This document shows, in pieces, positions 29,779-40,744 of a DNA stretch of 64,000 bases. Each line of letters opens with the position of its first letter. The stretch's first letter is position 1. The notes under the pieces were generated by a model. That model worked only from the letters and a program-made list of their open reading frames with translations. It was not told where the DNA came from and made no database searches. The DNA is taken from assembly GCF_024700885.2 (NCBI RefSeq), contig NZ_CP117016.1. One strand, written 5' to 3'. The stretch comes from Escherichia coli. GTDB taxonomy: Bacteria > Pseudomonadota > Gammaproteobacteria > Enterobacterales > Enterobacteriaceae. The translations under genes and the position numbers were made by a program.

Positions 29779-32223
29779 TTACGCGGCTTCAACTTTCCGC
29801 ACTTTCTCCGGCAACTTTACCGGCTTCGTCGCCAGCTCTTCCGGATCAAAGTCATCAACGTTAATACTGCGCAGACGGCTTTCTTCAGCTTTCACCAGAA
29901 TAGCGGCTTCATCTTTATCAATCAGCCCCTTCGCCAGCGCGTTGTGCGCCAGTTCATCCAGACGGGTAAATGGCAGATTTTTACCCAGCTCTTTACAGAT
30001 CCGCTGATGAATCGGGTCGGCGGCAATCACATCCACTAGCGCCTCTTCCAGTAAACCAACCGGGTTATGCTCGCTTGGCGTCAGGTACTGACCGCGACCA
30101 ATACGTGAACGAGTGGCGTTCGGCACTTGTAAAATCTTCGCCACTTTATGATCCAGCTTGTCAGACGGTGCCAGATAATGACGTCCGGTCGGGAAGATCA
30201 CCACATTCAGCAGCCCGGCAACCACGCGGTTCGGGAAGTTTTGCAGTAAATCATCCATCGCCTGTTCAGCCTGATACAGCGCATCCTGTACGCCCCAGTG
30301 CACCAGCGGCAGGTCGGCTTCATTACGGCCTTCGTCGTCATAACGCTTCAGAACGGCAGAGGCGAGGTAAAGCTGGCTTAAAATATCCCCCAGACGTGCC
30401 GAGATACGCTCGCGACGTTTCAGGCTGCCGCCCAGCACCGCCATCGAGACATCAGAAAGCAGGGCGAGGTTGGCGCTCAGGCGGTTCAGATGCTGATAGT
30501 AGCGTTTAGTGGCATCGCCGGTTGGCGTGCTGCTGGTTAAACCGCGCGTCAGGCCCAGCCAGAAGCTGCGAACTTTGTTGCTACCGACGTGACCGATATG
30601 TTTAAACAGCAGTTTATCGAACGCGTTGACGTCATTGTTCTTCGCCGCTTCCATCTCTTCCAGCACGTACGGATGGCAACGAATCGCTCCTTGTCCGAAG
30701 ATCATCATGCTGCGGGTCAGAATGTTAGCCCCTTCAACGGTGATGGCAATCGGCGCGCCCTGGTAAGCACGCGCCAGGAAGTTGCTCTGCCCGAGCATAA
30801 TGCCTTTGCCACCAGTGATATCCATCGCATCAATAATCGACTGCTGCCCACGGTGGGTACAGTGATACTTAACGATAGCCGACAGCACGGCAGGTTTTTC
30901 GCCGAGCATAATGCCGTAGGTAATCAGCGACGCCGCAGCATCCATCACATAGGCATTACCGGCAATACGCGCCAGCGGCTCTTCAATCCCTTCCATCTTA
31001 CCAATAGAGATTTTGAACTGACGGCGAATGTGCGCATACGCGCCCGTTGCCAGCGCTACCGATTTCACACCGCCGGTTGAGTTGGAAGGCAGGGTGATGC
31101 CGCGGCCTACCGAGAGGCACTCCACCAGCATCCGCCAGCCTTGTCCGGCCATTTTCGGCCCGCCGATGATGTAATCGATCGGTACGAAGACATCTTTACC
31201 GCGCGTCGGTCCGTTCTGGAACGGTACGTTCAGCGGGAAGTGGCGACGACCAATTTCCACGCCCGGCGTGGTAGTCGGGATCAGCGCACAGGTAATACCT
31301 AAATCTTCTGCACCGCCGAGTAATTTCTCCGGGTCGGAGAGTTTAAACGCCAGCCCAAGCACGGTCGCAATCGGTGCGAGCGTAATGTAGCGTTTGTTCC
31401 AGGTCAGACGCATCCCCAGCACCTGCTGGCCCTGCCATTCACCCATGCAGACAATCCCGGTATCCGGAATCGCGCCCGCATCGGAACCCGCTTCGGGGCT
31501 GGTCAGTGCAAAGCAAGGGATCTCCTGACCACGCGCCAGACGCGGCAGATAGTGATTTTTCTGCTCGTCAGTGCCGTAATGTTGCAGCAGCTCGCCCGGG
31601 CCTAATGAGTTCGGCACGCCGACGGTAATTGCCAGGATCCCGCTCACGCCGGAGAGTTTTTGCAGCACACGAGATTGGGCATAAGCCGAGAACTCCAGCC
31701 CGCCGTACTCTTTTTTGATGATCATCGCGAAGAAACGATGCTCTTTAAGGTACGCCCACAACTCCGGCGGCAGATCCGCCAGCTCATGAGTAATCTGGAA
31801 ATCATTCGCCATCCGGCAGGCTTCTTCTACCGGGCCGTCGAGAAACGCTTGCTCTTCTGCGGTCAGGCGCGGCTGCGGATAGTTATGCAGCTTTTTCCAG
31901 TCCGGCTTGCCCTGGAACAAGTCGCCCTCCCACCAGGTGGTGCCCGCATCAATCGCTTCTTTCTCAGTGCGCGACATCGGCGGCATTACCTTACGGAAAC
32001 CGCGAAATACCGGCGCGGAAATCATCGACTTACGCATAGGCGCAAAGTTAAATGGCACGAGGATAATGGCCAGAGGCACCAGTACCCACGCCGACCACAG
32101 ACCAGCAACGCCGAGGGCGGCTGTCCAGGCGAGCAAAATCAGACTGCTGATAAATAAGCTCACGCGGTGATAGAACAACGCGCCGAGCAGGACAACCGTA
32201 GCGAGAATACTCAAAATCATCAT
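29779..32223 (-). CDS. fadE: Acyl-CoA dehydrogenase FadE
   Basis: Track ORF is 840 aa; the likely start is the internal [19 protein letters not shown] at 32223, giving 814 aa. Confidence 0.9.
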   Translation of the reverse strand: MMILSILATVVLLGALFYHRVSLFISSLILLAWTAALGVAGLWSAWVLVPLAIILVPFNFAPMRKSMISAPVFRGFRKVMPPMSRTEKEAIDAGTTWWEGDLFQGKPDWKKLHNYPQPRLTAEEQAFLDGPVEEACRMANDFQITHELADLPPELWAYLKEHRFFAMIIKKEYGGLEFSAYAQSRVLQKLSGVSGILAITVGVPNSLGPGELLQHYGTDEQKNHYLPRLARGQEIPCFALTSPEAGSDAGAIPDTGIVCMGEWQGQQVLGMRLTWNKRYITLAPIATVLGLAFKLSDPEKLLGGAEDLGITCALIPTTTPGVEIGRRHFPLNVPFQNGPTRGKDVFVPIDYIIGGPKMAGQGWRMLVECLSVGRGITLPSNSTGGVKSVALATGAYAHIRRQFKISIGKMEGIEEPLARIAGNAYVMDAAASLITYGIMLGEKPAVLSAIVKYHCTHRGQQSIIDAMDITGGKGIMLGQSNFLARAYQGAPIAITVEGANILTRSMMIFGQGAIRCHPYVLEEMEAAKNNDVNAFDKLLFKHIGHVGSNKVRSFWLGLTRGLTSSTPTGDATKRYYQHLNRLSANLALLSDVSMAVLGGSLKRRERISARLGDILSQLYLASAVLKRYDDEGRNEADLPLVHWGVQDALYQAEQAMDDLLQNFPNRVVAGLLNVVIFPTGRHYLAPSDKLDHKVAKILQVPNATRSRIGRGQYLTPSEHNPVGLLEEALVDVIAADPIHQRICKELGKNLPFTRLDELAHNALAKGLIDKDEAAILVKAEESRLRSINVDDFDPEELATKPVKLPEKVRKVEAA

Positions 32224-32462
32224 AACGAAAAGCCCCTTACTTGTAGGAGGTCTGACCACTTGTGATGATATGGTTGTAGTGGATGTAAAAACATTTAGCA
32301 ATGTGTTTACAATATAATTACAACAAAGCTCACATTGTTGCTGTTTTTATCCGCACTTCAGGTCAAAAAGTCCTGGTCATAGCACCTGCCCGTACTTCTC
32401 GCTTTTGGCGGTATCCGGTACACTGCATTTTGTCTATTACATTTATGCTGAAGGATATCCTC

Positions 32463-33041
32463 ATGTACCAGGATCTTATTCGTAACGAACTGAACGAAGC
32501 GGCGGAAACGCTGGCTAACTTTTTAAAAGATGACGCCAATATTCACGCCATTCAGCGCGCGGCGGTCCTGTTAGCAGACAGCTTTAAAGCCGGTGGCAAA
32601 GTGCTTTCCTGCGGCAACGGCGGCTCCCATTGCGACGCTATGCACTTTGCCGAAGAGTTGACCGGTCGCTACCGTGAAAACCGTCCGGGCTACCCGGCGA
32701 TTGCCATTTCTGACGTTAGTCATATTTCCTGCGTCGGTAACGATTTTGGTTTCAATGATATTTTCTCCCGTTACGTTGAAGCGGTAGGTCGCGAAGGCGA
32801 TGTACTGCTGGGGATCTCCACCTCCGGTAACTCTGCAAACGTGATCAAAGCGATCGCGGCGGCGCGTGAGAAGGGGATGAAAGTGATCACCCTGACCGGT
32901 AAAGACGGCGGTAAAATGGCTGGCACAGCGGATATCGAAATTCGTGTTCCGCACTTTGGTTATGCCGACCGCATTCAGGAGATCCACATTAAAGTGATCC
33001 ATATCCTGATCCAGTTAATTGAAAAAGAGATGGTTAAGTAA
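32463..33041 (+). CDS. gmhA: Phosphoheptose isomerase GmhA
   Basis: 192 aa from [23 protein letters not shown] domain ([20 protein letters not shown]). Confidence 0.9.
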
Positions 33042-33045
33042 GGTC

Positions 33046-33090
33046 TTTTCTCCCTCTCCCTTTCAGGGAGAGGGCCGGGGTGAGGGTAAC
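33046..33090. repeat. GC-rich imperfect palindromic intergenic element after gmhA
   Basis: ctccctctccc tttcag ggagaggg ccggggtgaggg; shares the ggagaggg...gggtgaggg motif with 42888-42930. Confidence 0.35.
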
Positions 33091-33162
33091 AGCCTGAACC
33101 TTTGTACTTTTTAATCAATCTTCGCCGGGGGCCATGTGCTCCCGCTGTTGTGGAGGTTACCC

Positions 33163-33930
33163 ATGTGCGAATTGCTCGGGATGAGCGCCAACGTCCCTAC
33201 CGATATCTGCTTTAGTTTCACCGGGCTTGTACAGCGTGGTGGTGGAACCGGGCCACATAAAGATGGCTGGGGCATCACCTTTTACGAAGGTAAAGGCTGT
33301 CGCACATTTAAAGATCCACAACCCAGCTTTAATTCCCCCATCGCCAAACTTGTCCAGGACTACCCGATAAAATCCTGTTCGGTGGTGGCTCATATTCGCC
33401 AGGCGAATCGGGGCGAGGTGGCGCTGGAAAATACTCACCCGTTTACCCGCGAGTTATGGGGGCGTAACTGGACTTATGCCCATAATGGGCAACTGACGGG
33501 CTATAAATCACTGGAAACCGGCAACTTCCGCCCGGTCGGTGAAACCGACAGCGAAAAAGCCTTCTGCTGGCTCCTGCATAAATTAACGCAGCGTTACCCG
33601 CGCACACCGGGCAACATGGCGGCAGTGTTTAAATATATCGCCTCACTGGCGGATGAACTGCGGCAGAAGGGCGTTTTCAACATGCTGCTTTCTGACGGGC
33701 GCTATGTAATGGCGTATTGCTCGACTAATTTACACTGGATCACCCGCCGCGCGCCGTTTGGCGTGGCAACGTTGCTGGATCAGGATGTGGAAATCGACTT
33801 CAGCTCGCAGACCACACCGAATGATGTGGTCACGGTGATTGCGACACAGCCGCTGACGGGCAATGAAACCTGGCAAAAGATTATGCCAGGCGAATGGCGC
33901 TTATTTTGCCTCGGGGAGCGTGTAGTTTGA
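33163..33930 (+). CDS. yafJ: Class II glutamine amidotransferase-like protein YafJ
   Basis: Starts [19 protein letters not shown] (N-terminal Cys nucleophile). Confidence 0.85.
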   Translation: MCELLGMSANVPTDICFSFTGLVQRGGGTGPHKDGWGITFYEGKGCRTFKDPQPSFNSPIAKLVQDYPIKSCSVVAHIRQANRGEVALENTHPFTRELWGRNWTYAHNGQLTGYKSLETGNFRPVGETDSEKAFCWLLHKLTQRYPRTPGNMAAVFKYIASLADELRQKGVFNMLLSDGRYVMAYCSTNLHWITRRAPFGVATLLDQDVEIDFSSQTTPNDVVTVIATQPLTGNETWQKIMPGEWRLFCLGERVV

Positions 33931-34641
33931 TGCCAGCTGTGGCTGCACAACTTCGTGGCTTAACGGCTTGCTGACCACGTAACGACCATTGACCACAGAA
34001 ACGGTCGGTGGCTTACGGGTTTGCTCAAAGTAGTCGTAACCCGGCTTCAGCTGCTCCCAGAAGTCCTTAAAGTTGGAATATTTATGGCGCTTCATATTGG
34101 CGTCGGTCATGCGGAACGGGTAAATACTCACTTGCACGCTCGGCTGACCAAAAACCAGCGCACCAGTAACGAACTGGAAGATCTCATCAATACCCTGATT
34201 GGTCATCGCGTAGCAGCCGATGGAAACACAATCGCCGTGGATCATCAGATATTTCCCTTCATAACCATGCGCACGGTCATAGGCATTGGGGAATCCAATA
34301 TTAATCGCCTTGTAGTAACGGCTGTCTGGTTTTAACTGATTACGCTGGACGCTATAAAACCCTTCCGGGCTTTTGAAATCGCCCTGACGCTGTTTTGGCC
34401 CCAAGCCGCCGGAATATTTACAGATTTTATAGCTGTCGAGCAGTTGATATTGCTCGCCCATTTTGACGTAGAGATCGAGCGTACGTTCTTCCTTGAAGAT
34501 CTGGATGTAGACAGGGGATCCCATCAACTGCTGCTTATACTCTTTGCTCACTGGCGTGGTCGAGCTACTGCTGCCCAGCAAACCGGCAAACGAAACGCAC
34601 GGGATCAACAACATCGCAAGAATTAATGCGATTTTACGCAT
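33901..34641 (-). CDS. yafK: L,D-transpeptidase-family periplasmic protein YafK
   Basis: 246 aa with signal peptide [20 protein letters not shown]; YkuD-like region with [13 protein letters not shown]. Confidence 0.8.
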   Translation of the reverse strand: MRKIALILAMLLIPCVSFAGLLGSSSSTTPVSKEYKQQLMGSPVYIQIFKEERTLDLYVKMGEQYQLLDSYKICKYSGGLGPKQRQGDFKSPEGFYSVQRNQLKPDSRYYKAINIGFPNAYDRAHGYEGKYLMIHGDCVSIGCYAMTNQGIDEIFQFVTGALVFGQPSVQVSIYPFRMTDANMKRHKYSNFKDFWEQLKPGYDYFEQTRKPPTVSVVNGRYVVSKPLSHEVVQPQLASNYTLPEAK

Positions 34642-34932
34642 ACTGCTTATTCCTTGATAAAACGGTTACACACGCCAGGACGGCAAAATAGATCCCAAAT
34701 CGGAATAGTCTGGATTTGGAAGGCTCACATTATCACCAAAAGAGTTTTACGCAAGCCTGTCGGCGCAGGGTTTACAAATTTAGCACAGGGGCAGTTTTCA
34801 ATAGTCCGAAAAGCGCATGTATCATTTATTTCCTAAGATTATGAAACCTCAATAGTAATATGCAAATAAGCAATTAATAATCCCGTTTACTCCTCCGGTC
34901 TTTTAAAATTCTCACCTTCATTCAGCCGGTTT

Positions 34933-35691
34933 ATGTCCTTCATGTCTTCGTTCTTGCTCGGCAGATTTCTGCATCCAGGCGTGTTTTCGTTATGCGTTTT
35001 GCTCCCTTTACTCGCCAGCGCCACCACATCACATATCTCATTCAGCTACGCCGCCCGCCAGCGGATGCAAAACCGTGCGCGTTTATTAAAACAGTACCAA
35101 ACCCATCTGAAAAAACAGGCCAGCTATATTGTGGAAGGCAATGCCGAAAGCAGAAAGGCGCTGCGCCAGCACAACCGCGAACAGATAAAACAGCATCCAG
35201 AATGGTTTCCTGCGCCGCTCAAGGCAAGTGACAGACGCTGGCAGGCGCTGGCGGAGAACAACCATTTCTTAAGCAGCGACCATCTACACAACATCACCGA
35301 AGTGGCGATTCACCGCCTGGAGCAGCAGCTTGGCAAGCCTTACGTCTGGGGCGGCACGCGGCCCGATCAAGGCTTCGACTGTAGCGGGTTGGTTTTTTAT
35401 GCCTACAACAAGATCCTCGAGGCGAAGCTCCCGCGCACGGCCAATGAGATGTATCACTACCATCGGGCAACGATTGTGGCGAACAACGACCTGCGCCGGG
35501 GAGATTTGCTGTTTTTCCATATTCACAGCCGTGAAATTGCCGACCATATGGGCGTGTATCTGGGAGACGGTCAGTTTATCGAGTCGCCGCGCACGGGGGA
35601 AACCATTCGGGTAAGTCGGTTAGCTGAACCTTTCTGGCAGGATCATTTTTTAGGCGCGCGGCGGATTTTGACGGAGGAGACGATTTTGTAA
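34933..35691 (+). CDS. yafL: NlpC/P60-family peptidase YafL
   Basis: 252 aa; signal sequence; NlpC/P60 catalytic region (GFDCSGLVFYAY...H). Confidence 0.75.
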   Translation: MSFMSSFLLGRFLHPGVFSLCVLLPLLASATTSHISFSYAARQRMQNRARLLKQYQTHLKKQASYIVEGNAESRKALRQHNREQIKQHPEWFPAPLKASDRRWQALAENNHFLSSDHLHNITEVAIHRLEQQLGKPYVWGGTRPDQGFDCSGLVFYAYNKILEAKLPRTANEMYHYHRATIVANNDLRRGDLLFFHIHSREIADHMGVYLGDGQFIESPRTGETIRVSRLAEPFWQDHFLGARRILTEETIL

Positions 35692-35747
35692 ATGGGTAAT
35701 ATTGACGAACTGGCAAAAGGTCGGATGCCACGCGGCATCCGACCTGT

Positions 35748-36104
35748 TTACATCTGGGCTGAAAACTCACGTTCTAAGACATCAACAATGAGCTGGTTTT
35801 TTGAAATGGAATGTTGTCTGGCGACGATGGTCAGCCGCGAATCAATGTGATGAGGAACACGAAGCGTCAGGCGTTTTTGCTCTTCTTCTTCACGAAAAGG
35901 GGCAATACCGTCCTCTTCACAATCCGCCATCCACTCATCCAGCGCGCTTTCGCCTTCACGATATAATGCCTCAATACTTGTGGCTACAAAGTCACAATAA
36001 CCGTTTACATTGAGGAACTTGCCGCGAAATGCGTTGATATCGGCTTCAAATGTCACTGCGGCTGGTTGACCTTTAATTGTGATAATGTTCGATGCTTTAT
36101 TCAT
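35748..36104 (-). CDS. HicB-like antitoxin with C-terminal ribbon-helix-helix
   Basis: 118 aa; HicB-like core (YCDFVATSIEALYREGESALDEWMADCEEDGIAPF) and an RHH-like tail (KRLTLRVPHHIDSRLTIVARQHSISKNQLIVDVLE); overlaps the upstream ORF by 8 nt. Confidence 0.5.
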   Translation of the reverse strand: MNKASNIITIKGQPAAVTFEADINAFRGKFLNVNGYCDFVATSIEALYREGESALDEWMADCEEDGIAPFREEEEQKRLTLRVPHHIDSRLTIVARQHSISKNQLIVDVLEREFSAQM

Positions 36105-36396
36105 AATCTACCCCTACACAGTTAACAAACCACTCCTTAAGACCTGCTACTGCGCCTTTATCCATCACATTCTTTGGATGTGGCTCATGTGTGCTGAATT
36201 TGGTCGTTCCAATCTGAAATTTTCGTCTGGAGCCGTTGTTATTTTTTATTGTTCCACCCACAGCTTTAATGAGTGCAACAACATCATCCCATTTAATTCC
36301 AGATTTTGGCGGCTCCGTCATTACATCGTCGAATGTTTTTCTATGACGAGAGCCTAGCGCGCTGACCTTAATCATACTATCAATCCATGACGTCAT
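36097..36396 (-). CDS. HicA-like toxin (YcfA family) with N-terminal extension
   Basis: 99 aa; HicA-like pattern GSRRKF...THEPHPKNVMDKGAVAGLKEW; first gene of the two-gene pair. Confidence 0.5.
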   Translation of the reverse strand: MTSWIDSMIKVSALGSRHRKTFDDVMTEPPKSGIKWDDVVALIKAVGGTIKNNNGSRRKFQIGTTKFSTHEPHPKNVMDKGAVAGLKEWFVNCVGVDYE

Positions 36397-36479
36397 TGTA
36401 TGGTGTCATCGTAGTCTCTTTGCAGTGTGACGTCAATTAATGGTGTCAGGTGCTGCAAAGCATGGAAAAGATTCCTCAA

Positions 36480-38573
36480 TCAACTCAACGCCCCCATAAT
36501 CTTCAACTCCAGCTCATCCGGCACTTCGTTATACGACAGCACATGCAGCCCCGGCGCAAACAATCTCGCATAGCGCGCCAGCAAAGGACGCAACTGCGGC
36601 GGCACCAGCAGCACCGGGTCTTTCCCCGCCGCTTTCATCTGCTCCTTCACCTGCGGCATCGTGATCTGAAACTGGTTGAGCATATTCGGGTCAACCGGTA
36701 CGCTGTCGAGCATCACTTTCCCGCCCTGTTGCGCCTGATTCACCACGTTGGTCAGCAGATTTTCCAGCTCATTATTCAGCGTATACACCGTCAGCTCCTG
36801 CTTGCGAACGAGCGGATGGGTAATGCTGCGCCGTAGCGCCAGGCGCACATCAGCTGCCAGCAGAATATGATCTTTGGTCACTGTGCTACTGGCGACCAGC
36901 ACGGTGGCGATGGTGACGATATCGCGCAGGGAAACGCCTTCAGTCAGTAGCGCCCGGTACACTTTCAGCAACTGGCTGTAATTGAGCGCCGCGCTCAAAT
37001 CTTCCGCCAGTCGCGGTGCCATCGACGACAAACGGTTATGCAGCTGAGTAATATCGTCATAGTTAAACAAATCAGGAATATAGCTGCGGACAATCTTGTT
37101 CACATGGGTGGCAATCACGCTGGCGCTGTCGATCACCTGATACCCCATATTCAGCGCCTTCGCTTTCTGCGCAGGCTGAATCCAGGTGACCGGCATCCCG
37201 TACGCCGGGTCGTTCCCCAATACGCCGTCTATCTCGCCGTAGGTTTCGCTGGAGGGCAGGGCCATCAGTTTATCCGCCGGAATATCCGCTTCATCAGCCT
37301 TAATGCCGTTGATGAAAATGGCGTACTGGCTGGGCTTGAGGCGGAAATTTTCCCGAATGCGGATCTCCGGCAGCAGCACGCCGTTGCCGTCGGAAATCAC
37401 CTGCCGCACGCCGCGAATCCGCTGGGTGAGCGGGTTACCTTGGGCTTTATCGACCAGCGCCACCAGCTTGTAGCCGAGGCTTAAGCTGATGGGCTCGATC
37501 AGCGGAATGGTTTCCCAACTGACCTGTTGCTCGCTGGTTTCAGTGATAGTGCGGGTCAGCGTTTCGAGACTTTTCTCTTCTGCCTCCGCCGCCTGCGGGC
37601 GTTTGCTCATCCGCCAGCCGGTAAAGCCAAGCAGGGCGCTGAACAGCAAAAACGGCAGATGCGGCATTCCCGGCACCACCGCCAGTACGAACATGATCCC
37701 GGTGGCGGTGTAGAGCACCGACGGGCTTGCCAGCAGCTGGTGGCGCACGTCATGGGCGATATCGCCGTTGTCGCTGACGCGGGTGACGATAATCGCCGCC
37801 GCGGTGGAAAGCAGCAGGGAAGGGATCTGCGCCACCAGGCCGTCGCCGATGGTCATCAGCACATATTGCTGGAAGGCGGCGTCGGCGCTCAGGTTGTATT
37901 TGAAGATCCCGATACAGACGCCGCCGATCAGGTTGATCGCCAGAATCATCATCCCGGCTATGGCATCCCCACGCACAAACTTCGATGCCCCGTCCATCGC
38001 GCCGTAGAAATCGGCCTCGCTGGCAACATCTTTACGCCGTGTTTGCGCCTGCGCCTGGTTGATCAACCCGGCGTTAAGATCGGCGTCAATCGCCATCTGT
38101 TTGCCGGGCATCGCGTCCAGGGTAAAGCGGGCGGAAACCTCGGAAATACGCTCGGCCCCTTTGGTGACGACGATAAAGTTGATGATCATCAGGATGATAA
38201 ACACCACGAAACCGACGACAAAGTTGCCGCCAATCACCACCTGACCAAATGACTCAATCACCTTACCTGCTGCGCCCGCGCCGAGATGCCCGTGCAGTAG
38301 CACCACGCGCGTAGAAGCAACGTTCAGCGTCAGGCGCATTAAGGTGGTGATCAGCAAAATGGTCGGGAACAGGCTGAATTCCAGCGGCCTTTTCGCCGAC
38401 ACCGCCACCAGCAGCACCATCACCGCCAGCACAATGTTGAAGGTGAACAGAATATCCAGCAGCGCAGGCGGCAGCGGCAAAATAACCATCGCCAGAATAC
38501 ACAGGATCACCAGCGGCACGCCGGGATTACCGCCGCGCAGTAGCGCGAGGAACGATTTAGTTGTTTTCGCCAT
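36480..38573 (-). CDS. lfhA: Flag-2 (lateral flagellar) export gate protein, FlhA homologue
   Basis: 697 aa, apparently full length; N-terminal TM region and FlhA signature (FTLDAMPGKQMAIDADLNAGLI). Confidence 0.85.
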   Translation of the reverse strand: MAKTTKSFLALLRGGNPGVPLVILCILAMVILPLPPALLDILFTFNIVLAVMVLLVAVSAKRPLEFSLFPTILLITTLMRLTLNVASTRVVLLHGHLGAGAAGKVIESFGQVVIGGNFVVGFVVFIILMIINFIVVTKGAERISEVSARFTLDAMPGKQMAIDADLNAGLINQAQAQTRRKDVASEADFYGAMDGASKFVRGDAIAGMMILAINLIGGVCIGIFKYNLSADAAFQQYVLMTIGDGLVAQIPSLLLSTAAAIIVTRVSDNGDIAHDVRHQLLASPSVLYTATGIMFVLAVVPGMPHLPFLLFSALLGFTGWRMSKRPQAAEAEEKSLETLTRTITETSEQQVSWETIPLIEPISLSLGYKLVALVDKAQGNPLTQRIRGVRQVISDGNGVLLPEIRIRENFRLKPSQYAIFINGIKADEADIPADKLMALPSSETYGEIDGVLGNDPAYGMPVTWIQPAQKAKALNMGYQVIDSASVIATHVNKIVRSYIPDLFNYDDITQLHNRLSSMAPRLAEDLSAALNYSQLLKVYRALLTEGVSLRDIVTIATVLVASSTVTKDHILLAADVRLALRRSITHPLVRKQELTVYTLNNELENLLTNVVNQAQQGGKVMLDSVPVDPNMLNQFQITMPQVKEQMKAAGKDPVLLVPPQLRPLLARYARLFAPGLHVLSYNEVPDELELKIMGALS

Positions 38574-39696
38574 CCAGTTTAAGCACCTCTTTGGGAATGG
38601 AAATATGTCTGTTCAGGGCCGGGCGCGGCTGTGCGCCGTCGCGCCAGTGTTTCATTTGCAGGACGTAGGTCAGAACGTGGGCGATGGCCCGGTAAAGCTG
38701 AAACGGAATTTGCTGGTTCACCTGGGTGGTGTAGTAAACCGAGCGCGCCAGCCGCGGGAACTCGACCACTTCCACCTGATTCTCAGCAGCGACCTGACGA
38801 ATATAGAGGGCGATTTCATCGGTGCCTTTCGCCACCACAAACGGCGCGGCGGCGCGCGACTGGTCGTACTGCAACGCTACGGCGTAGTGGGTCGGGTTGG
38901 TGATCACCACGTTGGCTTTTGGCACCACTTTGCGGATTTGCCCCATCGCCAGCTGCCGTTGCAGCCGCCGCACGCGTGCCTTCACTTCCGGCTTGCCTTC
39001 CTGATTTTTGTACTCTTCTTTCAGCTCCTGCTTGGTCATCTTCAGTCCTTTGGTGAACAGGGCTTTCGCCAGCGGCACGTCGATTAACGCAAAGAAGATA
39101 AACAGGATGACAAAGTTGCGCATCACGCTGGCGTAGAGCGATAAACCGTCATTCATCGCCAGTTTGAACGGTAGTGCCTGCAGGCCGAGAAAGGCGGCAA
39201 AGTTATTGCGCAGGCTTACCCACAGCATCACCAGCACCACCACCGACTTCACCGTCATCTTTCCCGTTTCCGCCAGATGTTCGCTGGAAAACAGTCGCCC
39301 AATGCCTTTTAACGGGCTGATTTTGCTGAAATCCGGGAGGATTTTTTTCGGCAGAAACAGCCAGCCGCCGGGCACCAGCGAAGAGAGCAGCGCGGCGGCG
39401 GGCATCGGTAGCAAGGTAAGAATAAACTTGCCGAGAATTAACAGGTGATGGCGCAGAAACTGGCCGAGCACCTGCGGGTTATTAATCTCCTGCGCATACT
39501 GATGCACGCTGATAAAACTCTCGCGTACAAAATCGGCGTACCACGGAAAACTGCTGGAGATCACCACAAACGCCGCAAACAGGCTCGCCGCTAGCCCCAT
39601 ATCCTTCGAGCGCGGCAGTTGCCCCTCTTCACGCGCTTTACGCAGCTTTTGCGCCGAGGGTTTCTCTGTTTTTTCTTCGCTGCTGCTATCCGCCAT
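38557..39696 (-). CDS. lfhB: Flag-2 export protein, FlhB homologue
   Basis: 379 aa; NPTH autocleavage motif (VVITNPTHYAVAL). Confidence 0.85.
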   Translation of the reverse strand: MADSSSEEKTEKPSAQKLRKAREEGQLPRSKDMGLAASLFAAFVVISSSFPWYADFVRESFISVHQYAQEINNPQVLGQFLRHHLLILGKFILTLLPMPAAALLSSLVPGGWLFLPKKILPDFSKISPLKGIGRLFSSEHLAETGKMTVKSVVVLVMLWVSLRNNFAAFLGLQALPFKLAMNDGLSLYASVMRNFVILFIFFALIDVPLAKALFTKGLKMTKQELKEEYKNQEGKPEVKARVRRLQRQLAMGQIRKVVPKANVVITNPTHYAVALQYDQSRAAAPFVVAKGTDEIALYIRQVAAENQVEVVEFPRLARSVYYTTQVNQQIPFQLYRAIAHVLTYVLQMKHWRDGAQPRPALNRHISIPKEVLKLDGENN

Positions 39697-40519
39697 AGTG
39701 ACCTTTCAGCGCGTCGAGTTGCTGCAACACAAAATTCGCCAGATGCAGATAGTGATCCGGCAGGTTGTAGAGCAGGGTGGCGAAGCAGACCAGCCCCGCC
39801 AGCATGTTGATGGGAAAGCCGAGCGAAAAGAGGTTCAGCGGCGGCGCGATGCGGTTGAGCAGGCCAAAGCAGCCCTGCACAATCAGCATGATAAAGGTGG
39901 TCGGCAGCGCCAGCAGCGATGCGGACGCCAGCACCCAGCTAAAGGCCAGTGCGATGGTGCGCAGGGGTTGCGGATGCAGCGCGTTGCCAATCGGCCAGTA
40001 GGTGAAGCCCTTATACAAAACACTCACCAGCAACAGATGCCCGTCCATGGCAAAAAACAGCAGGATTGCGTAGACGTTGATTAACTCCGCCAGCACGGTG
40101 GTCGATGCGCCGCTGCTCGGGTCGTTCATCACCGCCATGCTCATCCCCATATTGAACGAGAGAATTTGCCCGGCCAGTTGCAGCGCCAGAAACAGAAACT
40201 GAAACATCAGCCCGAACAACATGCCCCATAATATTTGCTCCACCGTCAGGATCAGGCTGTTGAGCGATAGCAGGTCGTGGGGAATGGGATGGGGGATCAA
40301 CGGCGTGATGATGATTGCCAGCGCCAGCGACAAAATGATCCGCACACGCACGGTCAGGGCGCTGTTATCCAGCACCGGCACATAGCGCAGAAACGCCATA
40401 ATGCGCACGAAGGGAAACCACAGCCCCATCGCCAGATCCATCAGTTGCGTAACGTCGCTTGTACGCATCTTAATGCACCAGCAACGCGGCCTGGGTAAAC
40501 AGATGAATACACAGATCAT
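39686..40519 (-). CDS. lfiR: Flag-2 export protein, FliR homologue
   Basis: 277-aa polytopic membrane protein between the FlhB and FliQ homologues. Confidence 0.75.
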   Translation of the reverse strand: MICVFICLPRPRCWCIKMRTSDVTQLMDLAMGLWFPFVRIMAFLRYVPVLDNSALTVRVRIILSLALAIIITPLIPHPIPHDLLSLNSLILTVEQILWGMLFGLMFQFLFLALQLAGQILSFNMGMSMAVMNDPSSGASTTVLAELINVYAILLFFAMDGHLLLVSVLYKGFTYWPIGNALHPQPLRTIALAFSWVLASASLLALPTTFIMLIVQGCFGLLNRIAPPLNLFSLGFPINMLAGLVCFATLLYNLPDHYLHLANFVLQQLDALKGHYGG

Positions 40520-40742
40520 GCAACTGGATAATCATCCATTTGCCGCACACGCCCAGCACCACCAGCGTGACAATCAGCCTCGGCAAAAAACTCAGGGTCT
40601 GTTCGTTAATCTGCGTCACCGCCTGGAACACGCTCACCAGCAGGCCAACCAGCAGGCTCGGCACTACCAGCACGGAAACCAGCAAAATCACCACTTTTAT
40701 GCCGCTCGCGACAATGTCGGCGGCTACGTCTACGGTCAACAT
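40470..40742 (-). CDS. lfiQ: Flag-2 export protein, FliQ homologue
   Basis: 90 aa, two hydrophobic helices; position between the FliP and FliR homologues. Confidence 0.75.
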   Translation of the reverse strand: MLTVDVAADIVASGIKVVILLVSVLVVPSLLVGLLVSVFQAVTQINEQTLSFLPRLIVTLVVLGVCGKWMIIQLHDLCIHLFTQAALLVH

Positions 40743-40744
40743 AA

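Noticed and set aside
37527-38252. Plus-strand 241-aa ORF inside lfhA, plus similar antisense ORFs in lfhB/lfiR/lfiP (for example 38344..39087, 40401..40928)
   Set aside because: Antisense frames of membrane-protein genes; low-complexity His/Gln/Arg-rich translations.
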